Source of the DNA: Campylobacterales bacterium | GTDB lineage: Bacteria; Campylobacterota; Campylobacteria; Campylobacterales; Sulfurimonadaceae | Direction: 5' to 3' | Length of the DNA: 64,000 nucleotides | NCBI GenBank assembly: GCA_038205935.1 | Contig: JBBRBK010000004.1 | Coordinates: forward strand, 1 to 64,000 | Shown here: positions 9,516-19,995 of the stretch, piece after piece | How the letters are laid out: the number at the start of each line of letters is the position of its first letter | Position numbering within the stretch: position 1 is the stretch's first letter | Notes under the pieces: generated by a model | Told to the model about the DNA's origin: nothing | Seen by the model: only the letters and a program-made list of their open reading frames with translations | Database searches by the model: none | Position numbers and translations under genes: made by a program

Positions 9516-10907
9516 ATGCAAAATATTTTCACGGAAGTTGCTAGTTTAGACCAGCGTTGCTATAATGAACTGCTTCTTAGCGAAGATATTCTAATGGAAC
9601 ATGCAGCCGATGGAATGGCTAACTTTATCAAACAAAACTTTCCACAATCGAAAACTATTTTTATCAGTTGTGGCTGTGGAAACAATGGAGCTGATGGCAT
9701 CGCACTCGCACGCTTGCTTCACAAAGATTTTGATGTGAAGCTACATCTCTTTAAAACTCCAATTTCCCCAATGGCAAAACTCCAATATGAACGAATCAAG
9801 CGTTTAAATCTTCCTATAACAGACCAAATAATAGAGTGTGATATCATCATAGATGCTCTCTTTGGAAGTGGACTTAGTCGTGAACTTGAGCCAGAAACTG
9901 CCTTACATGTAAGCCTTTTAAATCAGCTTAGCGGAATAAAGATAGCTTGTGATATTCCAACAGGCTTACATGTAAGCGGAAAATGTGAAGAAAATTCATT
10001 TGTTGCTGATTTTACCTTGACGATGGGCGCACTTAAAAGATCTCTTTTTAATGACTGCGCTAAAGACAAAGTGGGAATTATTAAAATTTTAGATTTGGGT
10101 GTTAGTCGCGAAGTTTATGAAACATTTTCAAAAACAAAACTTTTGGATCTTGAAGATATGCAACTTCCTGTTCGAAAAGTTCAAAATTCTCATAAAGGCA
10201 GTTTTGGTCATTTGGCTATTGTAAGCGGAGAAAAACTTGGTGCCAGCGTTTTATGTGCCTCAGCGGCGCTTCGTTTTGGAACAGCTTTAGTCACACTTTT
10301 AAGTAATGAAAATCCTATGATTCCAACAGAACTGATGCTCTCTCATCAGCTTCCAAACAACGCCACTGCTATCGCTCTTGGAATGGGGCTTGGCGTGGAA
10401 TTTAGCCAAAATGAACTGCATCTATTTTTAGACAACACTTTGCCACTTTTACTTGATGCAGATATTTTCTATCATCCATTAATCACAGAGCTTTTAAAAC
10501 GTGAAAATATCGTACTCACACCGCATCCAAAAGAGTTTGTGCAACTCTTACATGTAAGCGGCATTGCAGATATCTCTGTCGATGAACTTCAAAATAATCG
10601 CTTTAAGTATGCAGAACTTTTTGCACAAAAATACAAAAATATTGTCTTAGTCTTAAAAGGTGCAAACGTTCTCATCGCAAAAAATGATGAACTCTTTGTC
10701 AATCCTCATGGAACAAATGTACTTGCAAAAGGTGGCAGCGGAGATGTACTTGGCGGTCTTATTGCTTCGCTTTTAGCACAAGGTTATGCCCCACTTGACG
10801 CCGCTATCACGGGTTCTTTAGCCCATACAAAACTCGCTCTTGAATTTAAGGGCGCAAACTTTTCACTCGTCCCAAATGACTTAATAAATGGAATAAAAAA
10901 TCTTTGA
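9516..10907 (+). CDS. nnr: Bifunctional NAD(P)H-hydrate epimerase/dehydratase
   Basis: LMEHAA, GNNGADG, DALFGSG, DIPTG, HKGSFG, LTPHPKE, LAKGGSGDVLGG. Confidence 0.93.
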   Translation: MQNIFTEVASLDQRCYNELLLSEDILMEHAADGMANFIKQNFPQSKTIFISCGCGNNGADGIALARLLHKDFDVKLHLFKTPISPMAKLQYERIKRLNLPITDQIIECDIIIDALFGSGLSRELEPETALHVSLLNQLSGIKIACDIPTGLHVSGKCEENSFVADFTLTMGALKRSLFNDCAKDKVGIIKILDLGVSREVYETFSKTKLLDLEDMQLPVRKVQNSHKGSFGHLAIVSGEKLGASVLCASAALRFGTALVTLLSNENPMIPTELMLSHQLPNNATAIALGMGLGVEFSQNELHLFLDNTLPLLLDADIFYHPLITELLKRENIVLTPHPKEFVQLLHVSGIADISVDELQNNRFKYAELFAQKYKNIVLVLKGANVLIAKNDELFVNPHGTNVLAKGGSGDVLGGLIASLLAQGYAPLDAAITGSLAHTKLALEFKGANFSLVPNDLINGIKNL

Positions 10908-11470
10908 AAAAAATCGTAATCCTTTTTAGCGGAGAAGGTAAAAATCTCCACAATATCATAGAAAAACTTCATGGAACTGTTTGTGAAGTAGTATGTGCCA
11001 TCACAAACAAAGCCGATGCAAAAGGCTTAAATGGCTTAGATGTAAAAAGCCCACAAGCCATAATGAGCGAAGTTTTAGAACATACGAGCTTTTCCTCGCG
11101 TGAAGCGTATGACACAGAACTCGTCAAGCTCATACAAAGCTATAAACATGATCTCGTCGTGCTTGCTGGATTTATGAGAATACTCACGCCTATCTTTACT
11201 CAAAATATCAAAGCTATCAACCTTCATCCCGCACTCTTACCAAAACATAAAGGCGCAAACGCGATAGAAGAATCATATGAGAGTAGCGATAATATGGGTG
11301 GAATCAGTGTTCACTGGGTAAGTGAAGAACTCGATGGCGGCGAAGTGATAAGCCAAAAAAGTTTTCTAAAAAGTGAAGATGAGACATTAGAGAGCTTTAC
11401 ATGTAAGATCAAAGAGCTTGAATACGAACTGCTTCCAGAGACTATTACAAAAATTTTATATAAATTATAA
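10904..11470 (+). CDS. purN: Phosphoribosylglycinamide formyltransferase
   Basis: LFSGEG, LAGFMRIL, INLHPALLP, HWVSEELDGG. Confidence 0.93.
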   Translation: MKKIVILFSGEGKNLHNIIEKLHGTVCEVVCAITNKADAKGLNGLDVKSPQAIMSEVLEHTSFSSREAYDTELVKLIQSYKHDLVVLAGFMRILTPIFTQNIKAINLHPALLPKHKGANAIEESYESSDNMGGISVHWVSEELDGGEVISQKSFLKSEDETLESFTCKIKELEYELLPETITKILYKL

Positions 11471-11525
11471 GATAGCTTATGTTATAAACTACGATATATC
11501 AAAATGAATGAAGGAATAAATAATT

Positions 11526-12302
11526 ATGCATAAATTAAAAATCGGAAAATATGAATTAGATAGCCGCTTGATCGTCGGAAGTGGGAAATATGTAGATTTT
11601 GAAACAACAAAAATAGCGACTTTGGCTTCAGGAAGTGAACTCATCACCGTTGCGGTACGTCGTTTAAACATCACTGATCCAGCAAAAGAGAATCTTCGCG
11701 ATACTTTTAGAGGTACAAATGTTAAGTTTTTGCCAAACTCTGCGGGATGTACAACTGCTGAGGAAGCGATAACAACATTTCGCCTTATGCGTGAAGCGAC
11801 AGGCATTGACCTTATCAAACTCGAAGTGATCGGTGATACGCAAAAAACACTTTATCCTGATGTGATAGAAACTATCAAAGCTTGTGAAATACTCTCTCGT
11901 GAGGGCTTCACCATCATGGCTTACACGTCAGATGACCCAATCATGGCAAAACGTCTTGAAGACGCAGGAGCAGCAGCTGTGATGCCTTTGGCGGCGCCTA
12001 TTGGAAGCGGGCTAGGAATTCAAAATCCTTACAACATCGTGTTTATCCGCGATGCAATCAAAGTGCCTGTGATTGTAGATGCAGGGATTGGTTGTGCAAG
12101 TGACGCGGCTTATGCCATGGAGCTAGGAGCTGATGGAGTTTTAACAAATACGGCCATAGCTCAGGCGAATGACCCGATGATTATGGCAGAGGCCATGAAA
12201 CATGCAGTTATCGCAGGACGTATGAGCTACCTTGCAGGCAGAATCCCAAAACGTCCATATGCAACAGCATCTTCGCCAATAGACGGATTAATTCAGTTCT
12301 AA
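11526..12302 (+). CDS. thiG: Thiazole synthase
   Basis: [43 protein letters not shown]. Confidence 0.97.
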   Translation: MHKLKIGKYELDSRLIVGSGKYVDFETTKIATLASGSELITVAVRRLNITDPAKENLRDTFRGTNVKFLPNSAGCTTAEEAITTFRLMREATGIDLIKLEVIGDTQKTLYPDVIETIKACEILSREGFTIMAYTSDDPIMAKRLEDAGAAAVMPLAAPIGSGLGIQNPYNIVFIRDAIKVPVIVDAGIGCASDAAYAMELGADGVLTNTAIAQANDPMIMAEAMKHAVIAGRMSYLAGRIPKRPYATASSPIDGLIQF

Positions 12303-12571
12303 ACTTCTAACTTCTTTGAGAGATGGGTCATAAGTAGTAACTTGCCCATCCCCTCAAAAAACTTTTCTATTCCCATATTATCAACTGCAACAGCCTTTTT
12401 TAAAGCGCTCAAAAATACGAGCGTTGACTCTGGAGAAGCTTGCGTATAAGTATCTATAATCCATTCAAAAGAAAGTGAATGAAGCTCACCATTGACATCG
12501 AAATCAATCGTAGAGATAGGATTAACTCCCTTCTCTTTTAAAATTTCTAAACATTCTTCTTTAATATTCAT
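12299..12571 (-). CDS. Hypothetical protein
   Basis: 90-aa ORF coupled (4-bp overlap) to the upstream transporter gene. Confidence 0.65.
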   Translation of the reverse strand: MNIKEECLEILKEKGVNPISTIDFDVNGELHSLSFEWIIDTYTQASPESTLVFLSALKKAVAVDNMGIEKFFEGMGKLLLMTHLSKKLEV

Positions 12572-13908
12572 CCGATAACTCCCACAAGATTAAGCATAAC
12601 GATCACGAGAGATACAGGCGCGATATATCTCAAACTAAAATACCATGTATCAAAAGTACGCCCTAGTTGAGGACGTAATACCTTCTCGACTTGCGACTTT
12701 GGCATGATATATCCTACAAAAATAGACATGATGAGTCCACCAACTGGCAACATAAAGGCCGCAGTAAAGAAATCAACCCAGTCAAAAAAGTTTCTGCTTC
12801 CCCATGTCAGATAAGATGAAAAGCCATCGATCTGAGAAAGAATAGCCACAATACCGACAAGATAAAAGAACAGTCCCATCATAACGGAAGACTTAATCCT
12901 GCTCCATGAAAATCTATCTATAAAGTATTGTATCATCGGCTCGACAAGAGAAACAGCAGAAGTAAGACCCGCAAACGCTAAAGAGATAAAGAACATGACA
13001 GCAAATACGTTGCCTAAAACACCCATTTGATAAAAAACAGCAGGCAAAGAAATAAATACAAGTCCTGGACCAGATGAAGGTTCTCCGCCGTACTCATACA
13101 AAAATGTAAAAAGCATAAGTCCCGCTAAAAGTGCGATCGCCGTATCGGCAATAACTACGATAATTGAACTTGTGACAAGATTTTGATTTTTTTCAAGTGA
13201 AGCTGAATAGGTCATAATCGCACCCATTCCAAGAGAAAGCGTAAAAAAAGCATGTCCGACAGCTGTGACAAAAGCAGTGGAATCTATCTTAGAAAAATCA
13301 GGCTTGAACATAAACTCGACTGCTTGATGAAAACTATCTAAAGTGGTAGCATATAAAAACATCCCGCCAATAATGATAAAAAGCATCGGCATCAATACTA
13401 AGTTGAGTTTTTCGATTCCACCTTTTATCCCACGCGCAACAACGAAAGTGATAAGGGCAAAAGAAACTGTATGATAAAAAAGCTGTGTTTTAAAATCTGA
13501 GTGGAGCATAGTGCCAAAAACAGTTTTTGCTTCATCGACTGAGGATGGTAACCCACTAATGGAAGTTACAATATAGTTGAAAATCCAGCCAATAACAACT
13601 GAATAATATATCATTACCAAAAGCCCAGCAAGAGCTTGAAAACCGCCATATTTCCAAAATTGCTTATGCGTTGGTGCTAGTTTTTCAAAACTAGTGACCG
13701 TATCAGCACGACCAAGATAACCGATGAGCATCTCTGCAATCATAATTGAAAGACCGATGAGTATAACAGTGACAAGGTACATTAAAACAAAAGCACCACC
13801 GCCAAATTTTCCTGTTATATATGGAAACTTCCAAATATTGCCAAGTCCGATTGCGCTCCCAGAAGCTGCTAAAATAAAACCAATACGGCTAAAACGTGCT
13901 ACTTTCAT
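12568..13908 (-). CDS. Sodium-dependent transporter, NSS (neurotransmitter:sodium symporter) family
   Basis: SRIGFILAASGSAIGLGNIWKFPY..GGGAF, AFFTLSLG, GPGLVF; ATG at 13908 with a purine-rich RBS. Confidence 0.93.
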   Translation of the reverse strand: MKVARFSRIGFILAASGSAIGLGNIWKFPYITGKFGGGAFVLMYLVTVILIGLSIMIAEMLIGYLGRADTVTSFEKLAPTHKQFWKYGGFQALAGLLVMIYYSVVIGWIFNYIVTSISGLPSSVDEAKTVFGTMLHSDFKTQLFYHTVSFALITFVVARGIKGGIEKLNLVLMPMLFIIIGGMFLYATTLDSFHQAVEFMFKPDFSKIDSTAFVTAVGHAFFTLSLGMGAIMTYSASLEKNQNLVTSSIIVVIADTAIALLAGLMLFTFLYEYGGEPSSGPGLVFISLPAVFYQMGVLGNVFAVMFFISLAFAGLTSAVSLVEPMIQYFIDRFSWSRIKSSVMMGLFFYLVGIVAILSQIDGFSSYLTWGSRNFFDWVDFFTAAFMLPVGGLIMSIFVGYIMPKSQVEKVLRPQLGRTFDTWYFSLRYIAPVSLVIVMLNLVGVIG

Positions 13909-13970
13909 ATTCCATTTTCCTCCCCATTTTGCCAAATTATACCCTTTTAGAAAAAAAATGCAAAAATGTA

Positions 13971-13999
13971 TTGACAAAAGATATAAAATAAACTATAAT
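13971..13999 (+). promoter_or_regulatory. Consensus sigma70 promoter of the tRNA operon
   Basis: TTGACA (13971-13976), 17 bp, TATAAT (13994-13999), followed by a GC-containing discriminator TTCGCC. Confidence 0.85.
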
Positions 14000-14047
14000 T
14001 TCGCCTCACTAATCAACGACCAATAATCGGAGTTTAGCTGAACAGGT

Positions 14048-14125
14048 CGGGGTGTAGCTCAGTATGGTTAGAGTACTTGGTTTGGGACCAAGGGGCCGAA
14101 GGTTCGAGTCCTTTCACCCCGACCA
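14048..14125 (+). tRNA. tRNA-Pro(TGG)
   Basis: Cloverleaf; anticodon arm CTTGG-TT TGG GA-CCAAG; GGTTCGAGTCC; CCA end. Confidence 0.95.
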
Positions 14126-14151
14126 CTTTTTATATTTATTATTACAACTAT

Positions 14152-14229
14152 GGTGGGATTAGCTCAGTTGGTTAGAGCACTGGTTTGTGGTGCCGGGGGT
14201 CACGGGTTCGAGCCCCGCATCCCACCCCA
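14152..14229 (+). tRNA. tRNA-His(GTG), including G-1
   Basis: Anticodon arm CTGGT-TT GTG GT-GCCGG; T-arm GGGTTCGAGCCC; CCA end. Confidence 0.95.
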
Positions 14230-14279
14230 TAACATTAGATATAAAAAATTTATAGAACAAACAGATATTTTTACAGTGC

Positions 14280-14356
14280 GCGCTCGTGGCTCAACTGGAT
14301 AGAGTATCGGACTTCGAATCCGGCGGTTATAGGTTCGAATCCTATCGGGCGCACCA
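14280..14356 (+). tRNA. tRNA-Arg(TCG)
   Basis: Anticodon arm TCGGA-CT TCG AA-TCCGG; CCA end. Confidence 0.95.
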
Positions 14357-14373
14357 AAATTCGTCGATAGCAT

Positions 14374-14450
14374 GCGTCCTTAGCTCAGCCGGATAGAGCA
14401 ATGCCCTTCTAAGGCATCGGTCAGAGGTTCGAATCCTCTAGGGCGCACCA
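14374..14450 (+). tRNA. tRNA-Arg(TCT)
   Basis: Anticodon arm ATGCC-CT TCT AA-GGCAT; CCA end. Confidence 0.95.
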
Positions 14451-14523
14451 CTGAAAACTTTTACTTCTTTTTAGAAGTTTAAGAATTAAAAAAGAAAAAT
14501 TTGGATAAAATTCCAAATTCCAT

Positions 14524-14608
14524 GCGGACATGGTGAAATTGGCAGACACGCCAGACTTAGGATCTGGTGCCGCAAGGTGTGGAGGTTCAAGTCCTCTTGT
14601 CCGCACCA
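14524..14608 (+). tRNA. tRNA-Leu(TAG)
   Basis: Anticodon arm CCAGA-CT TAG GA-TCTGG; long variable arm; CCA end. Confidence 0.95.
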
Positions 14609-14845
14609 CTCTCATAAGCCTACTTTAGGCACTTTCAAAGACTTTCAAAATATTTACTTACATCTCTTCTTAAAACTATATATTTTATTTTTCATAAGTT
14701 AAATCTTTTGTTTGTTATGAACTTTTTTTGATCCATAAAACTACCCCTTTTATGAAGATACATATTCACTCAGTTGTCACCAAAATATTCCAACTTTAAG
14801 AAGCATAATGTATCATTGCAATATTACTTCAGCTCAGGAAAACTT

Positions 14846-15709
14846 TTGAAAAAGCTTCTTTTTTTAATTCTTTTATTTTTAACTGCACTCTCATTATCTG
14901 CAGCGCCAACATCATGTGGTGGTATCTACTATGGCAATACTGCTCCAGATATCATTAACAGTAAGCTTTTACCAAAAACAACAGAAATTTGTTACGAACA
15001 ATTTGCAATTATGCACTCAGGTCTTACAAAAACTCCTCTTTGGAGTGCGGAACATCTTACAAGAGATATGCTTACAAAAAAAGCTAAACGTGGAGAGGAT
15101 TTTCATGAAGATGCTCATCTTCGACTTGATGAGAGAGCCGAACTCTCAGATTATGCGCATTCTGGATATGACAGAGGTCATATGAGCCCTAGCGGAGATT
15201 TTATTGAAAGACAAAACAATGAAGAGTGCTTTACCTTGGCAAATATGGTTCCACAAGACCATGACAACAATAGTGGAATCTGGGCAGATATAGAGAGTTC
15301 GACCCGATACCTCGCTAAAAAAAAGGGTGAGATCTATGTTGTAACTGGCCCTCTTTATCTTGGCAAGCATCCTCGTCGTATCGGTAACAGAGTCCTTGTA
15401 CCGACAAATATATTTAAAGCTATCTATATACCATCTAGCGGTGAAGGAGCTGCATATATAACAGAAAATGTACCAGGACGTGACTATAAAGTAATTAGTA
15501 TCGCTGAGCTTGAAAAGATTTCTGGTATCAATATTTTTCCACAAATGAGCCAAGCGGCTAAAGCATATGCTACAAGATTACCTCAGCCAAAACCTTCCAA
15601 TAAAGGTCGCCACTCTTATGAGAATCACCAAAATACAAGCAGTAGCGATGACAATAGTTTCATAGGAAAATTCAAGAGAAAAATGAATAACTATTACAGA
15701 GGGTATTAA
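14846..15709 (+). CDS. Secreted DNA/RNA non-specific endonuclease (NucA/Serratia-type)
   Basis: YDRGHMSP, FTLANMVPQ, N.GIW..IE, VVTGP; signal peptide from TTG 14846 (MKKLLFLILLFLTALSLSA) with AGGA upstream. Confidence 0.9.
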   Translation: MKKLLFLILLFLTALSLSAAPTSCGGIYYGNTAPDIINSKLLPKTTEICYEQFAIMHSGLTKTPLWSAEHLTRDMLTKKAKRGEDFHEDAHLRLDERAELSDYAHSGYDRGHMSPSGDFIERQNNEECFTLANMVPQDHDNNSGIWADIESSTRYLAKKKGEIYVVTGPLYLGKHPRRIGNRVLVPTNIFKAIYIPSSGEGAAYITENVPGRDYKVISIAELEKISGINIFPQMSQAAKAYATRLPQPKPSNKGRHSYENHQNTSSSDDNSFIGKFKRKMNNYYRGY

Positions 15710-15876
15710 ACTTCTCATCTAAATTCATATTTTTAGAAATTGTGCTATAAAATTTCCTTATTACCTTAAGAAAAATTTGTATTAGTGTCTTGTTTTTCTC
15801 ATAAATTTCTATATTTAAAGCATATCTTTGGTATCTTTGCATGTAAAGTCTATAAGAGGTTCTAATTAGCTAACAA

Positions 15877-16188
15877 ATGAAACAAAAACTACAAGAAAAA
15901 GCAAAACAAATCGCCCAAAATCCTGTAACACAGAAGGCGTTCACTTCCATGAAACCGCAAAAAAGCATCTGGGGTTTTTTGGGTGTGATCTTCTTTTTTA
16001 TAGTTCCAGAAGTGATAGCTTTTTTCTATGGAGCTGACCTTACCTCCTTTGCAAAAGCGCAGCTTTTAGCCCCAAATAGTTTTGAAATGCACTATTATTA
16101 CAAAGCTTTAGAGATGATGTTTGAAGATGGTGTGAGTTGGCTGAACCTTATCATAGGATTTGCTCTACTGATCTGGCTCTTTTTTTAA
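15877..16188 (+). CDS. Small hypothetical membrane protein
   Basis: Two hydrophobic segments. Confidence 0.65.
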   Translation: MKQKLQEKAKQIAQNPVTQKAFTSMKPQKSIWGFLGVIFFFIVPEVIAFFYGADLTSFAKAQLLAPNSFEMHYYYKALEMMFEDGVSWLNLIIGFALLIWLFF

Positions 16189-16217
16189 TAATGAACCTAA
16201 GAAGAAAGTGAAAACAA

Positions 16218-16670
16218 ATGACACTGCAAAAAATAAAATGGGATGATGCATATTCTCTTGGTATTAAAAACATAGATGATCAACACAAAAAACTTTTTGA
16301 TATTGTTGATAAAATCTTCTCTTTGCATGAGAGTAAAGACGTAAAAGGAAATATTCGAACGATTTTACATGAACTGTTTGAGTATATCAAAGTACATTTC
16401 AAAGATGAAGAAGAGTTTATGAAAAGTATCAACTACCCTGACTTGGCGTATCATATTGAACTTCACGAACAGCTTGTCAAATCAGTTTCTGCCATCTTAC
16501 GGGATCCATCACGACTAGATATTATTCAAACGAAGATGAGAGTGATTGCTAAACAGGCACTAATCGATCATATTTTAGAAGAAGATATGAACTATCAGCG
16601 CTACTATTTTAGTTTGAAAAAAAATAAAACTGGTACTATAGATGAGCCTATCATCAACTTAGATATTTAA
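16218..16670 (+). CDS. Bacteriohemerythrin
   Basis: WDDAYSLG..IDDQHKKL, HFKDEEEFM..YP...H...H, HILEED iron ligands. Confidence 0.92.
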   Translation: MTLQKIKWDDAYSLGIKNIDDQHKKLFDIVDKIFSLHESKDVKGNIRTILHELFEYIKVHFKDEEEFMKSINYPDLAYHIELHEQLVKSVSAILRDPSRLDIIQTKMRVIAKQALIDHILEEDMNYQRYYFSLKKNKTGTIDEPIINLDI

Positions 16671-16699
16671 TTTTAATACCCTAAAAAAGGATAAAAAAA

Positions 16700-17488
16700 G
16701 TGCTTCTAACTCCTATTGAAAAGATCGGCGATTCTGTTATCAAATCCTTTTCTTCGACCTATGAAGTGGTAAAATTCGCCTTCCTTTGTATCATTCACAT
16801 GCTAAATCCAAATAGTTATACTCCGGCTATGATGATGGTTTTTACAAAGCAAGTCTATGTCACAGCCATACAAATCATCCCTTTTTTTACTTTTTTAGCA
16901 TTTGTATTTGGGTCTGTTATCATCGGTGTTGTCATCTCCTTAGCATTTAATTTCTCCCTTCACAATCAAATAGGTTCTATTGTTATCCACTTTACCATTG
17001 ATGAGTTTGCCCCATTTTTTACCGCCTTACTTATCGCACTTCGCTCTAGTACCGCAGTAAATACTGAGATAGCCCTTATGAAGGTCAACAACGAACTACG
17101 AACTCTTGAACACTACAATATAGACCTCATAAATTATCTCTTTATCCCGCGTATTTTTGCTGGGATGCTTAGTGCTACTTCACTCTCTTTTATTTTTGCT
17201 ATTGTGATGCTTATGAGCGGTTATGTCTTTACTCTTTTTTACATGAGTATGGATATTGATTCGTATGTTAAAATGCTTATCAACTCTATACAGATCAAAG
17301 ATTTCATGATTTTATTGATTAAAAGCCTTACCTTTGGATTTATCCTAATGCTCATTCCTATCTACAGCGGAATAAAAACTATGCACAACTATAGTGCAAT
17401 CCCCATCTCCGTCTCAAGCGGAATGGTTAAGCTTTTTATCGCTATCTTTGCCATCGAGGTGCTATCATTACTACTACAATTCCTGTAA
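16700..17488 (+). CDS. MlaE-family ABC transporter permease
   Basis: EFAPFFTALLIALRSSTAVNTEIALMKVNNELRTL...YLFIPR MlaE signature. Confidence 0.88.
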   Translation: MLLTPIEKIGDSVIKSFSSTYEVVKFAFLCIIHMLNPNSYTPAMMMVFTKQVYVTAIQIIPFFTFLAFVFGSVIIGVVISLAFNFSLHNQIGSIVIHFTIDEFAPFFTALLIALRSSTAVNTEIALMKVNNELRTLEHYNIDLINYLFIPRIFAGMLSATSLSFIFAIVMLMSGYVFTLFYMSMDIDSYVKMLINSIQIKDFMILLIKSLTFGFILMLIPIYSGIKTMHNYSAIPISVSSGMVKLFIAIFAIEVLSLLLQFL

Positions 17489-17937
17489 AACTCTTTGCTC
17501 TTCACGAAGAGATTAATCACTATATTCAAAGCTCTCATGGCTACACACTTGTTGCAAAAGAGATCCCTCTTCTCTCTCATCTCAATATTGTAGAAAATAT
17601 CGCCCTGCTCCAAGAGGTACATCATAATAAAAAAGTTCCTGATGCTCAAAAAGAGGCAATTTTACTGCTTCAAACTATCTCTATGGAATCCATCGCAACA
17701 AAACAGACTTATGAATGCAGCGAATTTGAACTTTTTTGTGCCATGCTCGTGCGTGCGATGCTCAGTGATGCGCCTTGCATATTCATCGTCTCGCCCTTTA
17801 CCCTGATCACAACGCTCATTGAGATACAAGATATCATAAATGTCATTTTAAAACTAGAGATCAAAAAAGATATAATTATGCTTGATATACAAACGAATGC
17901 CCTACGCTACAAAAAAGAGTCTTGTCATGTCTTATAA
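17467..17937 (+). CDS. Degenerate ABC ATPase-like (MlaF-position) protein; start uncertain
   Basis: Frame open from 17431 to 17937; contains PLLSHLNIVENIAL (ABC helical-subdomain motif) but no Walker A; first ATG only at 17683. Confidence 0.55.
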   Translation: MTTTIPVKLFALHEEINHYIQSSHGYTLVAKEIPLLSHLNIVENIALLQEVHHNKKVPDAQKEAILLLQTISMESIATKQTYECSEFELFCAMLVRAMLSDAPCIFIVSPFTLITTLIEIQDIINVILKLEIKKDIIMLDIQTNALRYKKESCHVL

Positions 17938-18862
17938 TAAAATGAAACTCGCTGTTGGTCTTTTTGTTATTGCTCTTATATCTGTGTTAATAGTGTTTTC
18001 CTATTTTATCCTCAAAGAAAAAGGGGCTTTTGAAAAACGTGTTAACTACGATTTTTATTCTCCCTCCGCATCTCTTTTTAAAGTCGGTATGCCTCTGCAA
18101 TATTCAGGATTTGCCATTGGAACGATTGACAATATAGAGTTGACTGACAAAGGAAATGTCCATATCACTTTCTCCGTTTCACAAAAAAATACTAAGTGGA
18201 TCCGTGAATATTCCATACTTCTTTTAACAAAACCACTTATTGGCGCTCCCCGCATTGACGTGTTTACTACACCTAGCTACAAATTGCTTCCACCCAACTC
18301 GACCTTACAGTTTGTCGAAAACGATGATATCAATGATATGATCACAAAACTACAACCTGCAATTGTTAAGATGATCCATATTATCGATAATATCGATACC
18401 CTTACTTCGAACTTTTCTAAAGAAGACGGAGCATTTAATCATAGTATCAAAAATCTCGACACTATTACGAGCAGAATTGCCTCAAATAAATCTCTTCTTA
18501 CAAGTGTCACAGGAGATCAAGGCAGTACGGATGCATTAATCAGTTCTTTAAATGAAACACAAAAAACGATGAAACAAGTGCATGAAATCAGTATAAAACT
18601 TGATAGACTCATAGGAAGTCTTGACTCTAAGGTTCTCAAACCCTCCACTGATGTTCTCAATAATATTAATGTTATTATGAAAGATGTGCAGAAAAAACTT
18701 CAGGTTCTTGATGGAACAGTGAGCGCTGTAGGCGGATATGACAAAGATTTAGGCGCTATCAAAGAGCAGATAGAAGTTGGACTTGATAAAACAAATCAAG
18801 TTATGAATAAAGTTGACGCATTACTCGGTGGCAATAAAAAAAGTGAGGTTACACTCCCATGA
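17927..18862 (+). CDS. MlaD/MCE-domain protein with long helical region
   Basis: KLAVGLFV TM anchor; GMPLQYSGFAIGTIDNIEL MCE motif; LIG; helical C-terminus. Confidence 0.88.
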   Translation: MSYNKMKLAVGLFVIALISVLIVFSYFILKEKGAFEKRVNYDFYSPSASLFKVGMPLQYSGFAIGTIDNIELTDKGNVHITFSVSQKNTKWIREYSILLLTKPLIGAPRIDVFTTPSYKLLPPNSTLQFVENDDINDMITKLQPAIVKMIHIIDNIDTLTSNFSKEDGAFNHSIKNLDTITSRIASNKSLLTSVTGDQGSTDALISSLNETQKTMKQVHEISIKLDRLIGSLDSKVLKPSTDVLNNINVIMKDVQKKLQVLDGTVSAVGGYDKDLGAIKEQIEVGLDKTNQVMNKVDALLGGNKKSEVTLP

Positions 18863-19518
18863 TAAAAGTTATTTTACTTGCATGTACTCTTATCTTCTTA
18901 AGCGCATGCTCAACATCTACTCCAAAAAACGATTGGCAGATCCAAAGTGTCAATGCTTATGAAAGTCATCAAAAGCATTTTTTACAAAATGATGATTCAC
19001 TCTCGAACATAGATCTCAAACGTGCTATAAAGTATGCAAAACAAAGCTCTGATCTTACGACTTTAGCAACAATCCAGCTTAGCGAATGTGCCTTACATGT
19101 AAGCGTTTTAGAAGAGGATAGCTGTAAAGAGTATCTTTCCCTTGAGCCACTTGTCAAAGATGCAAAACTTCATAGTTATTTTCTTTTTTTACAAAATAAT
19201 TATGACGCAAATGATATAAAAAACCTTCCATCAAAATACCAAACTTTTGCGACATATAAACTTCAAAAGAATTATGTAGCTGCACAAAAAGAGATTTTAG
19301 CTTCAAAGGATATCGTCTCAAAAATGATCATGTCATCTTTAATGAAAGACTCTTTACATGGTAGCACTATAAAGAGTATTATCGATGAAGCCTCATTTTA
19401 TGGATATAAGAAAAGTGTCATCAGTTGGATGGAGTTTTATAGAACAAAAACAACAGATTTTAAAGAGAAAAATATCATAGAAGAGAAGTTGAAAATACTA
19501 AAAGATTCCAAGAGATAA
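18859..19518 (+). CDS. Putative lipoprotein of the MCE operon
   Basis: Lipobox LSAC after a hydrophobic signal; 4-bp overlap with the MCE gene. Confidence 0.75.
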   Translation: MIKVILLACTLIFLSACSTSTPKNDWQIQSVNAYESHQKHFLQNDDSLSNIDLKRAIKYAKQSSDLTTLATIQLSECALHVSVLEEDSCKEYLSLEPLVKDAKLHSYFLFLQNNYDANDIKNLPSKYQTFATYKLQKNYVAAQKEILASKDIVSKMIMSSLMKDSLHGSTIKSIIDEASFYGYKKSVISWMEFYRTKTTDFKEKNIIEEKLKILKDSKR

Positions 19519-19695
19519 GGAGTTATCACTTGGAAATCAAGCTTTGACTTTAAGGAGTGAAAGTATTATATATTATAATAGTTACAGAAGTGTTAATAGA
19601 AAATTTATTTTAAATTCTTACACTATTTTTTAGAGTTTATAAGCTACTATTAGAAGAAATCAATTTTCAAAAACAACCCATATAAAGGATAATAA

Positions 19696-19995
19696 ATGGA
19701 TATTAAACAATGTACGTCACTTGAAGAAGTAAGAAATGAAGTAGATCACCTTGATGATGAGATCGTCGAGCTTATTGCAAAAAGAAACAGCTATGTGAAG
19801 CAAGCGGCTGCATTTAAAGAGAGTATTGAAGAGGTAAAAGCTCCAGAACGTATGGATGCTGTTATGCAACGCGTACGCCATAAAGCACTCACTTTGAACC
19901 TTTCTCCAAATCTTATTTCTAAACTTTATACGATTATGATTGACGCGATGGTAGAGTCTGAAATCTCAGAATTTAGAAACGGCGGTAATTTTTAA
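19696..19995 (+). CDS. Chorismate mutase (AroQ/PchB-type)
   Basis: SLEEVRNEVDHLDDEIVELIAKR...K...APER. Confidence 0.85.
   Translation: MDIKQCTSLEEVRNEVDHLDDEIVELIAKRNSYVKQAAAFKESIEEVKAPERMDAVMQRVRHKALTLNLSPNLISKLYTIMIDAMVESEISEFRNGGNF

Noticed and set aside
14421..14615. 64-aa minus-strand ORF
   Set aside because: Antisense to tRNA-Arg and tRNA-Leu.
14524..19600. Integrative element at tRNA-Leu
   Set aside because: No integrase, and no duplicated tRNA 3' end (att site) was found downstream.
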